A stretch of DNA of 64,000 nt from Octopus bimaculoides (lineage: Eukaryota), in assembly GCF_001194135.2 (NCBI RefSeq), contig NC_068982.1, forward strand, positions 806,102 to 870,101, in the 5' to 3' direction. Position numbers and translations under genes: made by a program. Of this stretch, positions 13,073 to 26,526 are shown one piece after another; position 1 is the first letter of the stretch, and every line of letters starts with the position of its first letter. The notes beneath the pieces were generated by a model. That model saw nothing but the letters and a program-made list of their open reading frames with translations. It searched no databases and had not been told where the DNA came from.

Positions 13073-13078
<6 letters not shown>
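12744..13078. repeat. Foldback element: ~118-bp imperfect inverted arms, ~95-bp spacer
   Basis: Arms 12744-12861 and 12958-13078 are reverse complements (core AGTGTCTTACAGCTGTTTCTG). Confidence 0.9.
12838..12927 (-). ncRNA. Degenerate type I hammerhead ribozyme with long stem II
   Basis: UGUCU / CCGAUGA / long hairpin / GAAA / palindromic ACAGCUGU / GUA site / AGACA (pairs with UGUCU). The core has U4>C. Confidence 0.65.
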
Positions 13079-13115
<37 letters not shown>

Positions 13116-13201
13116 GTGTGTATGTGTTGTAAGTAGAGGAAAGCTGTGATATTTAGATATATAATTATTACTTTTATCCTAATAACATCTAAAGCCTGTA
13201 A

Positions 13202-13237
<36 letters not shown>

Positions 13238-16200
13238 TAGTGTGTGTCTTATTCTGCCATTTTTGTGTGTACGCATATGTGTGCATTGTTTATCTCTTGT
13301 GCACGCATATCAGTACCGTGTTACCACCGCGATGCCACAAAGACACTCCGTGTATGCCATTACTTTCTAATTTGTCAAGATAATCCATTTGCTCGAACGT
13401 TGCCTCACCAAATTTATTCACATTCTACATGGGACGAAACAGAAATGTCAAGAAAGAAAAAATTGCCCCTGCTAAAAGTTGCAAATTTTATTACATTTTT
13501 GATGTTGACTACTTTTCATATCAGTCAACAGGAATGTCTCTGTTTATTGGTACTTTACGAAAAATCAGAGAATCAAATCAGCCATATTTCAAACGAGACC
13601 TGTTACAAGATGATGGTCAGTTGCAAGAAGCCATGGTGGAAGGAGCTGTTTAATAATTGCCTTAAAAAGTGCAAAGCATGTTTGCAGTTCTATTGAAAGC
13701 CTGTAGACTGACATCTTGTAATGATCTGCGACTAAATATGGAGAATACTAACCAAAGCGTCAAACGCAGGAACACAACAACCCTGAGGTTGTGATTCATT
13801 TCTGTAAAGAGTAGTAAGAGGCCTTTTTCTGTATGGTTGAGTCTGGAAGAAGGGTTAATGTCGTTGACCTTGGCAGGCCCTCACAGGCCGTCCATGACCG
13901 GTGAGATAGATGTCATGAATGCTATTCTTCTATCTTTGTAAAGGAAATGCTGCGAGAAAGACGCGATCGCAGAGGGAACTTCAGTGGGGGGAGGAGGCTG
14001 ATATTCTAACGAAGGTGTGTATGTGTGTGTGTTAATTAATACGATGCCTGGGGGGATTGGATATAATACAAGTTATGAGAGGAAAAGTTATAAGACGGAA
14101 ATGCCTGAGTGGAATTGGTTTAGCCAAGCTAGATTAAAGGAGCGGGGACTATTTTATTGTAGTCAAAAAGGTCGAGAAAGGAGACAGCCTATCAGTGGAC
14201 CAGAAATTGGAGCAAGTCCTCGAGTGGCTTTATGCCAATCAGTCGGATAGGCCATCTTTGGCTACGATCTAGTATGTTTGTCTCATATCGTGATGAAAAT
14301 GTTACCAAGAACTGCTTAAATATTATTTGCCTCATAGTAACCAACCTCAAGGGAACCAATCAGTGAGTTTTATTATGGTGCTAATTCTCCAGCTCATTTA
14401 TGGCTGAATGTGAAATTCAGTGAGTCATTGATGGACATGGATAACCATATTCTGACGTGGAACTGCAGCCTTTTAAAACAATAGGTGAAGATATGTTTAT
14501 CCCAAGAATGTCAACTATCCAATGTAAGACGCTAGTTAACCGTAAGATAATTGCGCATGGTGGAGCAGCTCAACGATGTAAGCAATCGTAGTAGAACCGA
14601 TGAGCTGGCACGTCGTGTAAATATCAACTGCATTTTTAGGATTTAGACAGAAGAATTTCTGGTTCCATTTCTTTGTATCTCTTTGTATGACAGAATGTAT
14701 GTGATCCGACAACAGGCCGAGTATAGCTGTTGCCATAGTTTTATGTTTTGTATTGATACTATGATGGAAAATGAACTTGTGGCGATACGTGTGCATTCGT
14801 TGTTTTCCATCTTTTTACGTTGCTAATAGACTCGATAAAGGTAGGAACATCAGGGAATATAATATCCTCTCTTGTAAATAGATGTATGCAAAACAAAAAT
14901 ATGTAATCTGAATGAAGTGAAAGTAATGTGGGATTTGTTACTTATGGCTAACTGAAGCTCAACTCAAGTTCACTTCTCTGTAGAATTGAATAAGAATTAA
15001 GACGTCTTATAGAAATGAAGAAATAACTGAGAAATGGTTGCCGAAAGAAAAACTTGAATTATATATAAGAAACCTGCCAGCTTTTTACGTAAGCTTGCAA
15101 ATCTCCGTAAATGTATGATATGGATGAGTTTCATTTAGTAGTCATAAGTTTTCATTCAAATGTTGATTCGAGTGTATGATGTTAATTTTTCGGGGTTTTC
15201 TCAAATTTCGTCTGCTAATATTCTGTTTACGCGCAGTAAATGATCCTCGAGCTACTCTTATAAATACACTTAAAACATTACTTTATTAATTGTCTGTAAC
15301 TGACTGTGAATATGTATAAAAATGCCTAAGCAGAAGCGTCTCGGTCATTTGCAAACATTCTAAAAATATTTTCTTTATAATCTACAATATGTCCTACTAC
15401 AGCAATTCTTCTTAATAATGTAGAATATGATGAGATACCTGGGAAATATCAAAAAATCTACCCAAGGAAGATATCCTGATTACATCTGCCCGAAAGTTTA
15501 AGAATGTGAACATCAACAAAATACTGCGAGAATGTGAAGATGTAAAAAGCAAAGCAGATTTGCTTATTCCAGTAATATTCAAAAGTTATATACTGGTGGG
15601 TAAGTTTTTCTAAGGAATTGTTACAATTACGAAAGCTATGGAAAGAAAACTTCCGAAAAGCGTCTCTATATGAAGTCGTAATAACAAGAAGAAAAACATC
15701 CACTCATCTTTTAGGCTGAGAAGTTAAGCTACTATTTGTGACCAGTTAAGAAATGTAAAACAAGACAGGAAAAAAACCCCCCTCAAAACTGGCAAAGTAG
15801 CAATGCTGTGTAAAAGATATTGAGTGCTGTTATTTGTTACAATGGTGTATTTTGGTGTTTATTAAAAGTAATTACTGAAACCACTTTAATTATTCCAAGT
15901 CGAAGACAAATAGTAATTCTTTTCCAAAGATTTTTTGGGCTGATATTATTTCCCGATTGTGTGGCATTCATATAATGAAAAGATAAATATCTCCATGTGG
16001 AGGACATTACTTTATCTTTTAATTCAACGTCGCCCTGTAACACAACGAAGCTCTCTGCTACTTATGAATAAAGCCACTACCTATTCTGCCTAGGGTAATA
16101 AGAGTATTGGTGACAGGGTACCAACTATCGAATCTATTGGTTGGATGTCTGTTATTTTCATTATTCCGTTATCTGTAACCCCATAAAATGACTACACATA

Positions 16201-16925
16201 AATATATTTCTTCCATATCCCAACATTTAATCCATATTGGATATTTTCAACTGATCAAATACGTTGTATTTTATATTCTATTCATGTTTTTGATATTTGC
16301 TCTCAGTTTCGATCCTCAAGAATTTTTGTCAAGTTTGAGAGTATTAACCAAATATTCTGATCATTCTACCATACACCTCAATTATAAAACTACTGGATAC
16401 TGATCACTGTTCTGTTAATCACCGTCCGGTAATGTATATAAACGAAGACTACTCCCCAGAAGTGCATATACAACAATGTTGACAACCGCATTACTGTAGA
16501 TTTATACGTTATACACAGAAACAATGCGTTTTGTAGTTAATGAATGTGTTTGGATGAAAAATTATTACTGAGTCAAAATAGAAAACTATTCATCATAATG
16601 AAATATGTCTTGAAACTGCGCCTCCCATTCTTGCAGACTTTTTTCTTTCATTATATTAAAAGATTTATTCGAGAACTACTTCAAGTTAGTCAGGAACATC
16701 AACATCTACACGCTGAACAAACCGAACCTTTCTAATTATTGCATCTTAACTGGTCATTCAATCATTCTGTTTACATTTTCTTAAAGAAGATCATTCATTT
16801 CTCCTCTTGTTTCTAGATTATTTATGTTTTGTTTTAGATATATAGCCTGTATTGTTCGTGTTTTATCTCATATTTTTCTATCTGCAATATCGGATGCAAA
16901 GGAAGGAAACTCAAAGCGAAACAAG

Positions 16926-16928
<3 letters not shown>

Positions 16929-16987
<59 letters not shown>

Positions 16988-16999
16988 TAGAGAGAGAGA
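16929..16999. repeat. (GA)n microsatellite
   Basis: Directly visible. Confidence 0.95.
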
Positions 17000-17558
17000 A
17001 GAGGAGATAGAGAAACACAATGGGAGAAGCAGGAGGGAAAGCGAAAAGGATAGAGTGAGAATTGCGATGCAGTGTCAACGAAATTCGCATACAACAGTCC
17101 GTCGTCATCCTAGTCTGACACTGTTAGAATTTGCACACTTTCATGCCACAAGCTAAACACAGCCAACTATTAATATCACAGTGGATAAAATGTCTTCAAA
17201 CAACATCTGTTTTAATAATAACCATTGCCGAGCTTGACATCAAAGCAGACTAACGATCAATATATTGGGCCATGTGTTATCAAACAATAGTAAAGCTTGT
17301 AAGTAAATATATAGAAAGATTTTCAGCAAATACTCTACAGCATTGTAAATAAGTGATACTAAATGTTACTAATTTTTCTGGCTCCAGTATTCTCCATAAG
17401 AATTCATAGGCCAAACAAGGATTTTCTTCTTTCAAGTTGTCACAGAATGTGTAGGCTTCGATGATTTGTTATTCGAGGCCAACCATTAGAGATCGAGGTT
17501 GATTTAAAAGAAAAGAAAATATGCATAATATAGAAGTAAATACAGAATGCCATAACTG

Positions 17559-17604
<46 letters not shown>

Positions 17605-17969
17605 NNNNNNNNNNNNNNNNNNNNNNNNNNNNNNNNNNNNNNNNNNNNNNNNNNNNNNNNNNNNNNNNNNNNNNNNNNNNNNNNNNNNNNNNNNNNNNNN
17701 NNNNNNNNNNNNNNNNNNNNNNNNNNNNNNNNNNNNNNNNNNNNNNNNNNNNNNNNNNNNNNNNNNNNNNNNNNNNNNNNNNNNNNNNNNNNNNNNNNNN
17801 NNNNNNNNNNNNNNNNNNNNNNNNNNNNNNNNNNNNNNNNNNNNNNNNNNNNNNNNNNNNNNNNNNNNNNNNNNNNNNNNNNNNNNNNNNNNNNNNNNNN
17901 NNNNNNNNNNNNNNNNNNNNNNNNNNNNNNNNNNNNNNNNNNNNNNNNNNNNNNNNNNNNNNNNNNNNN

Positions 17970-18000
<31 letters not shown>

Positions 18001-18338
18001 ATATATAGCCATATTTATACTTTCTCCTGCCTATGATTAATGGGTATTAACATGCGTGTAGGTATGCATACGTGTGTGTATGTAAATAGCAAGGCAAATA
18101 ATCTAAGGGTAGTTTTTTAAAAAGAATCAAAGGAACATTTCCTTTTGTTACGACTAAATATTAAGCATCAAATATAGGTCAAGATGAATGTGTCGTCACT
18201 ATACACGGATGTGTATGGGTGTATAGTGTACATACATGAATGCATATGTGTATATATGTTATATGTATATGTAAAACGTGTATATATATATATGTTATAT
18301 GTATATATACATACGCGAATATATATGTATATAGAAAC

Positions 18339-18387
<49 letters not shown>

Positions 18388-19329
18388 TCCGCAAATATAT
18401 ATGCATATATACGTGTATATACATACATGCATATATACATACATCAATAGGCACACACACTTACAGACTCAGATTATAAAATTTAGGGATTCTTGTTTTC
18501 TTTTGCTATGATGAACTTCATTATAAAAGATAAATAAAATATGTACATATATATATATAAAATTATATGTAATTCAATCAGAAAATATACACCTTTTCTT
18601 TAGTTTGTATACCATCCAAAATGAATGATATAACAAAAGAAAATATAGCATCCCTGGTTCTATAGAATGATTCTCTGCATCAAAAGGGCATCGAATATAT
18701 ATGTAACTGGTCAAAGCGGTGAGGGAATATTTGAATTTCTTCAGTATGTTACAATAATCGGACTTACAGCTGAAGCTAGACTTGTAGACAGAAATATTCA
18801 GTTATTTGTCTGTAAATGTGGTATCCACTTGAAACCTTTTGCATAGGGAAGTATCGTGTATTGAACTACTGAAAAGAAAAGTTTCACAACGAGCTATTTT
18901 CTTTTACAGGACTAAAGAATAATTAATTGGTTTCCGCACGCGAGTAATCTGGTATGTTTCCTGTTGCCTCTGAGATATAAATACACAAGTCATTTACGCA
19001 TTTGGAGATATTTGCCTCGTATGTCGCATGCATTCTAAGAGCATTCATCTAGGAAATATGCAAAAATGTTTCCAAATATTTATATTTTTTCCTTTTAAAT
19101 TTTTTAATACACCCCGAGTTATGAAGTTGAATTGTATGGTTTGAATTCTCATTGTCTTAATTCTGAATGTTCTTTTATATCGTTGGAACATTTGATGATC
19201 TTTAATGCGATTTTAAATATTCATTGCTAAATACTGATAATAAATGAGTCGAATTACTAGGTGGGAGCAAAAATTCGAACCAGTTTTCAATTGATGGCGT
19301 GTTTATTCACGAAATTTCATTTCTCACTT

Positions 19330-19750
19330 GACAGACGTATATGAGACTTCAATTACGATTACCGTGTGGGTATTTTATTTAGACCGAATAAAGGAGGTAA
19401 GCGATGGAAAATATCCAGAACTGGCCAATCGGAAGAATGCCGTTTCCCTTCAGAGAATTAGACGTTATGTTTTCTGGCAGACACGGCAGATATTGGTAGA
19501 ACTTGGCTGGGATGTCCCATTCTAATTCGTTGAAAGACTGTAAAATCACTTAGACCGGTTCATAACATAGGAAAATGCCAAGTTCTGAGAGGATAAGATC
19601 ATGAAACTGCCTCAAAGATGACGAAAGGTAATGGAACAAAATGGGACATGTGTGGGTGAATGGTTTCTCTTATTGTTAGTGAAATTAATAAACTTTAATA
19701 AAATGGAAACGAAACCTTTTTCTTCTATTGACTAGAATGCTAACTTTTAG
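19330..19750 (+). mobile_element. Decayed mariner transposase C-terminal fragment
   Basis: DRIKE..YPELANRKNAVS...QTRQILVELGWDV and downstream EDKIMKLPQR*RKVMEQNGT match mariner DD34D C-termini. Confidence 0.75.
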
Positions 19751-19931
19751 CACAAACGCGTCTCTTATCCAACGTTTTCACTGAAAACGAGAAAACTTCT
19801 CACGATTTGCCTGATATCTACCAGGGTCTGAGAGCAAATGCTGATGGATCAATTCCTGTTTCATAAATTTGGATTTCATTACAGTATCAAGCAATCTAGA
19901 GAAAATGTTTGAATCAAAACCGACAACTTTA

Positions 19932-21127
19932 TCTGTATATATAAAAGGCAGGATGTGTGTGTGTGTACACGTGAATGTAATTTATGCACATCCACAAATT
20001 AGGACGCATGTCGCTCCAATTTTAGGGGGACATTCGTCACGACCCTAGCTGTATTTTCGTCAAATTATTTTCCCCCGAGGCACCAGCGAATAGCGGTAAA
20101 AATAATTTTAAACCATAACTTCTAACAATTTTCAAGTCGGAGAAATGCACCATCGTTTGCAAACATGAGTTAAGTCCCCTTCTANNNNNNNNNNNNNNNN
20201 NNNNNNNNNNNNNNNNNNNNNNNNNNNNNNNNNNNNNNNNNNNNNNNNNNNNNNNNNNNNNNNNNNNNNNNNNNNNNNNNNNNNNNNNNNNNNNNNNNNN
20301 NNNNNNNNNNNNNNNNNNNNNNNNNNNNNNNNNNNNNNNNNNNNNNNNNNNNNNNNNNNNNNNNNNNNNNNNNNNNNNNNNNNNNNNNNNNNNNNNNNNN
20401 NNNNNNNNNNNNNNNNNNNNNNNNNNNNNNNNNNNNNNNNNNNNNNNNNNNNNNNNNNNNNNNNNNNNNNNNNNNNNNNNNNNNNNAACCGATGGGCAAA
20501 GGGGATTTACATGATGGGGGTGGTGTTTTTAAAAGGGCTGGCATATGCAACATGATTACCTCTGCCGATCAAACTCCCAACCCATGCTCTCCCGTCGCGA
20601 CACTGATTCTGCAGAACTGGGTTGGGTGTGAAAACCAACTTTAAACTATAAATATAGATGTCTTTTGAATCAGCAATGTTGTGTTCGGTTAAGTCCTATT
20701 TGAGGTGAAAAATCAATAAACTGATTCCTTATGGGGTTTCCCATTTAATCCGGATAAAAAAAAATCGATAAACCGATTCCTTATAGGACTTCCCATTAAA
20801 ATTGGCTACACCCCATTTTCAACCATAACTTTTACCAATTTTGATGTATTACTTAAGACTCATGGGATCTTTGTATGTTTTAAGTTCTCCAAAAACGAAA
20901 AAACAAACAAACAAAACAATCGATGACTGGAAAACATCGATAAACTGACTCGTTATGGGATTTCCCAATCACATTGTCTGCAACTCATTTTCAGCCAAAC
21001 GTTTACCAATTTCAACAGATTTCGCTCAAATTTGACGTCGATGTTACTTAGTTTGGTTTGAAATAAAGAGCTTGACCAGCTTAATAATCCTAACTTAATC
21101 CCGAGCAAAGCCGGTCTATACTGCTAG
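19932..21127 (+). mobile_element. Non-autonomous Helitron
   Basis: A|TCTGTATATATAAAAGG 5' end and 3' GC-rich CCCGAGCAAAGCCGG followed by CTAG|T (21124-21128). Three internal direct repeats (aaatc-ataaactgattccttatgg). Spans a gap. Confidence 0.8.
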
Positions 21128-24100
21128 TTTTAAATATTGATTTGCAGCAAAGTGAAATGTAAATAATATTACATCTACTGTTAAAGCGGTTAAACAATAA
21201 CTGTAGTAGCGTTTTAACGTAACCTTGAAGTTAAGTTCATTTGTTCGAAGGAAATAAAAATTGTTTTCAGAGGAAAAAGAACAGAAGATGTGATGTTCAG
21301 ATTTTGCGAATAACATTTGAATAAAGCATGTGAAATGGCTTCAAACCAGAATTTAAACCACGTCACAATCAGAGTCTGAGTGAAATGATCCTTTATTCAC
21401 ACTGCCTATTACTATACAATACATACAATATTTTCTGAAATCTGGTTCTGAAACGTTACTTTCTAGGTTAATTCAATTGTTTGTACAATTAAATAAATCT
21501 ATGTTTATTTAATTGTACAAACAGTTGTAAAAGTGGTTTCTGAAAAGAACATAACCAATGTTCTCCGACATAAAGCATGGCAACAGTATTTCATAGAGAG
21601 AGACTATTAAATGTGTCGATTATGCAAGAGAACAGTGTAATGGGGGTTCGTTTGAGTTACACGTTTGATAAAATGTATCATGTTTCATACCAGTTAATTA
21701 TACAATTGTTATCAGTCTTTACAGAATAAAAGAGGCATTTTATTAATTTGATTCAGCTCTTTTATTGTTATATGAAATCCTCTCATATAATTTCCAGTTT
21801 GTGATTTGGTCTTCAAATATCAAAAAGAAAAAACTGCGAAAACATCTAGCTGAAATACTAATTTGTTAAGAGATAATTAATGGCCCCTGTGATGAAATGA
21901 AAAGTTATGTTCTTCTGGAAAGCTTCGCTATTTATATAGCACTGATATTAGTCATGAATGAACGTTTGCTTTCAGATTCCAAAAAGCTTGCTTTGCTGTC
22001 TGGAAGCCTAAATATTTCTCACCTCATTTAGTTAATGATTTACGTTTTCCTGATACACTCTTATGGAATATATTCGCCAAAAATAACTTTTACCAGAAAA
22101 TGTGAATTACTATTATCTAAAATATCATATGGAAAAATACAATATTGAGACTATTTATCACATGACATATAAAGATAGGAATGAGAATTCAGAGCATTCA
22201 GTGCTTATCTTAAACTTCAAACAAAGAAGTAAACAAACCTATATTCTCTCATCTACAACAGCTACACCAACTCTGCTTGTCTTTTGTCGCATTCTGGGTC
22301 TTAAAAAACCGCCCTTCCAAATATTGTAATCCGGTAGATGGGGTTACACATCATCCCCCGTATTGCTTACCGCTTCTCTCAACTCCCTTTTTAACGGCAT
22401 TGAGAAACTTCATCTGATCTTTGAGAAATTGAAATCTTTCACCTTGTCTTATCTCGTTTGCTAGACAATTTCTCAAGCAAAGAGACCATCGTACTTGTGC
22501 CAAATCTCTTTTATGTTTCTTCTTTTGTATGGAACCATGTCCTTTTCTTCTTTTTGTCTTACAAAGCAAATGAGGAGTGCTTTTATGGTGGTACCTTTGT
22601 TCATGTATATCGGAGATTGCCTTAGCAATTTGTCACTGTTCAGGTTCATAACTATATCTGTATATTCTTATTTTCCTATTTATCCTTTTTTTTAATACTT
22701 TCACATTGACTGCCACTACCCTTTTTTGTTTAGCGTCGTCTTCTACTACCCAAGATGTGGCTCTATCAAAATTCTAAAGGACAATCTAGAATGAGAGTTT
22801 GCAAAAACATACGAATACAATAGAAAACTAAGGCTGAATTTTCTTTTTTATTCCGTACGTGTAGACGTTCAAATATTCGGACATCGTTTCTTGATGAAAA
22901 AAAACAAAAAACAAAAAAAAAACTTTTCTCCATCAAGTAAACGTGGTATAATGCAATTCTTCAGAAGCTCTGTTCCACGCGTCCGTCAATATAGCAAATA
23001 ACAACAATAATAATACATAAAAACTATTCAATTATCAGTTTCATTTTTGGTAATTTTTGGTATTTAAGTGAGTAATTTATAAAGTTAATTTCATTTACTA
23101 TTCCATAAAAAAAATATTCAGGAAATTGAGAAACAGTTAATATATAATTAGTTACTTTAAACGAATATTGATATATTGCGCTGTCTTCTGCATTGCACGT
23201 AACATATAACATTTAAAATCAATATACTTGCAAATTAATTAGAAATATTGATTTTTTTTCAAAGGGGTACGGGATTTATTTTCCACAATCTTTTCCCTTG
23301 TTCGCAGAAAAGAAACTACAGAAGGAAATCTAATATTCACAGCAGAAGAACTGTGCTAAACGTTTGAAAAGATACTCATTACAAATTATATTCTTTTTTG
23401 TACGTAGTTAATTTATAGTAAAAGGGTAAGCTTGAAGTTAATCAGCAATCACAGGAATGAAATATAAATGAACATATTTACGAAAGAAACGATATAGTAA
23501 TATATATCATATTGCTTGCTTTCCAATGTTATTTGTGAAATGTGTGTTTAACATAGAAATGCGTTTATCGTTAAATGATTTTGAGGATATGTTTTAATTA
23601 GACATTTCTTTTTGCCTTTATTTTTGTAACTCCCAACATACCAAGATGTTGCTCGAGGCCTGTTTTATAATAAGTTGCACAGAATTGGTAGTGATTTTTA
23701 TTAAAAAAAAAAGAAATTAAGAAATGAGAATAATATTCAAGATCTTGTCAGGACAAAGATAAAAGTGTTAATATTTTGTATTTATTACCAGAGGTATCTT
23801 TATTAATTACCAACTGCACTCTATACTAATTATTAAGTGTTCATTGATCCCATGTTTTACTTGATTTATTTTTACTTTATATCACAATTGTGCTAATTAC
23901 TGATTTTTAACGACAACAGTGGCAGGGTATTTATTGTCAATCGATGAGGAAGAAAGATCTCAAATAGCTTCAGTTCCCAATCCCTAAATTTCGCTTTCTT
24001 TATCATCTTTGTGTAAAATGATAATAGAAATTATGGAACCCTTATCAGTTTCGACGATCAGCATTCAGTTTCTCAGTCATCTGAACATCCGATTAAGTTC

Positions 24101-25652
24101 CCCTATAATTGGGTATACTTCTGGAGACGCATACCCTAGCTTAATCTGTGACCTGTTAAATTTTCGTTTAATTTTGTAAAATTGTTGTCAATCTGTCATG
24201 TAGTCTTGACACCAAACTTCAGGTTTGTTGGGACAAGTAGAAATTCTGTTGATCAATGCGACAAAATTGCATTGACACTTAGCGACCGATGGAATAGTAT
24301 GATGACTTTGTTTGTATCCTGTCCTCTTTGTTTTAAATGTTGTGCATCTGTCATTTCCCCTACTTAATAGGAATCTCACTCAAAAGTTTTTATTCTACAT
24401 TTATGTTAATTTTTAGCGTCCAGCCTTTCTGCTCCTTTCGCCTTATTCTCGTCTCCCCTCCCTCTGTTACTCTCATTTTCCCTTCTTACTCCTGTTCATT
24501 CTCTCCCTTCTCTTCTTTCTAACATTCCCACAATGCCTTTATGACTTCCTTTGATTCCTGTTGTTCAGAGAAAACGTAACTGGATTCCTCTGCCATTGAA
24601 TAACTTACATCAACAGTTTCTAAAGCAGTCACGAATTAGGCTAACACTTGTGGAAGACAGCTTGACTGGCATTTCACGACTCGTCACTAATTATTAAATA
24701 TATACTTATGAACGACGCAGCGTAAATCCGAAAAACTAAAATAAACCAAAACATTGTAAAATCTCGCTAGAAATAAAAGTGCAAATGTACGAGCAGTAGA
24801 AAGTTGAAATAATCCCCAAATCCGACAGATTCTTTAACGATTTACTGACCATTGCACAGGCAGAACATAAGTGGTTTCTTTTATAGAACAGTTATAAACT
24901 GGGCTAGCATTGGTGATAAATAGCCTAACTTGCATATTTTAACTTTTGTCATTAATTAACAATATCAAATTATGAAGAACACAGCGTAAATCAGAAGTTA
25001 AATACAGAGAAACCAGTCTGTGTCGGCAGAGTGAGAGAGGGAAAATCATCTACCAGGTCACTGACTAGTGAATGGGAAATGTACTGAAACTTCTATGCTG
25101 AAAAAAAAAATATATATTTATGAAATAAAAAAAAATGTTTACGTATTCGACTAGTGTCGATTGTTTAAGCTATTCGTGACTGAACAGTTAGAGATGATCA
25201 TTACTTGTTGTTATTCGGTAGCATGTTCATATTATTATGGTAGCATGAAATTATAACATCATGGCTGATTGCTCAATAATGAATGGCTTAAACGAGTGAA
25301 ACCGGTCGATTATGTAGACATTTTTATTTCAAAAATATATATTTTCGTCATAAAAATTTCTGTGTATTTTCCATTTTACTTTTACTAGAATTCACATCAT
25401 AAATTTTGTTTTCAGAGAGAAATCATAAAGGTTTTGTTTGAAAGAAAAAAGCAAAACAATTGAATATAAGTTATGCCTACAATTTACTTTTCCGCAAATA
25501 ACGATTAAGCAATTCCAACAGGGTTTGAATTCAGAATAGAAACGTACAAATCGCAACACCATTTCTGCTACTTTCACGTGTTTCTAACATAAAGACAAAG
25601 CCATAACCTCGGATGTCGGCACGGCATAATAATGATGATAATTAATAATAAC

Positions 25653-25699
<47 letters not shown>

Positions 25700-25700
<1 letters not shown>

Positions 25701-25772
25701 CCTTTCTACTAAAGGTGCAAGGCCTAAAATTTTTGGGGGAGGGAACTAGTCGATTACATCGACACCAGTGTT
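25700..25772 (-). mobile_element. SINE family 2, 3' tail fragment after (AGT)n
   Basis: Reverse complement of the family 2 tail seen at 26040-26112 and 61663-61740. Confidence 0.75.
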
Positions 25773-25909
25773 GTTGTTGTTATTAATAATAATATTATTA
25801 ATTAGAAATGATCTAATTATAAATCTCACAGAGAGATATAAGCAGTAGTGTTACGATAAAGCAGTTGTATACTGTCAGCTTAATGTGACAGACCCAATAA
25901 GGGAATCTA

Positions 25910-26115
25910 GACCGCTTCCTGTTGGCCTTCCGGGCGAAATGCTTAGCGGTATTTCATCTGCCTTTACGTTCTGAGTTCAGATTCCGCCGAGGTCGACTTT
26001 GCCTTTCAACCTTTCGGGGGTCGATAAATTAGGTACCAATCCCGTACTGGAGTCGATATAACTGACTAGCCCCCTTCCCCAAAAGTTGGGGCCTTGTGCC
26101 TAGAGTAGAAAAGAA
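25910..26115 (+). mobile_element. SINE family 2 (tRNA-headed)
   Basis: ccgggcgaaatgcttagcggtattt..gagttcagattccgccgaggtcgactttgcctttc..ggggtcgataaattaggtacc, homologous to copies at 27200, 44440, 49115, 61434 and 61663. Confidence 0.85.
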
Positions 26116-26237
26116 TATACATTTAATTCCGTCCCGGCGGCAAAATGCTTAACATTTCTTTCGACTTTACATTCTGAGTTCAAATTCCACCGAGGTCGAC
26201 GTTGCCTTTCAACCCATCGGGGTTCGATAAAATATGT

Positions 26238-26380
26238 ACTACATTATTTACAATTGATGGATATTTGTTCTCATCTTGTTTGTTGTAAACATAACGTTTC
26301 GGCTGATATACCCTCCAGCCTTCATCAGGTGTCTTGGGGAAATTTCGAACCTGGGTTCTCATTCCTAAGGTATTTTTTGA

Positions 26381-26424
<44 letters not shown>

Positions 26425-26526
26425 GTAGTAGTAGTATTATTATTAGTATTAGTATTCAGGTTACTGCCTGGAATCGAACTCGGAATATTGGAGTTAGTAG
26501 CCCGTGCTCTTAACCACTACGCTATA
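26238..26526 (-). mobile_element. tRNA-headed SINE with hammerhead-ribozyme tail (family 4), copy A
   Basis: Minus strand: A box (tagcgtagtgg), B box (gagttcgattcc), (AAT)n spacer, then tail ...GACAC CTGATGA A GGCTG..CAGCC GAAACGTT... Confidence 0.85.
26288..26333 (-). ncRNA. Minimal type I hammerhead ribozyme (best-preserved copy)
   Basis: GACAC-CUGAUGA-A-GGCUG(loop)CAGCC-GAAA-CGUU-AUGUU: intact core, 5-bp stem II, ACGU palindromic stem III, GUU site. One mismatch at the base of stem I. Confidence 0.8.

Noticed and set aside
13330-14500. Protein-like frames (mariner- or Gypsy-like guesses)
   Set aside because: No diagnostic motif could be aligned, and stops are frequent.
24030-24090. Minus-strand CAGAUGA..GUCGAAAC string
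   Set aside because: Broken core and no stem III/I.
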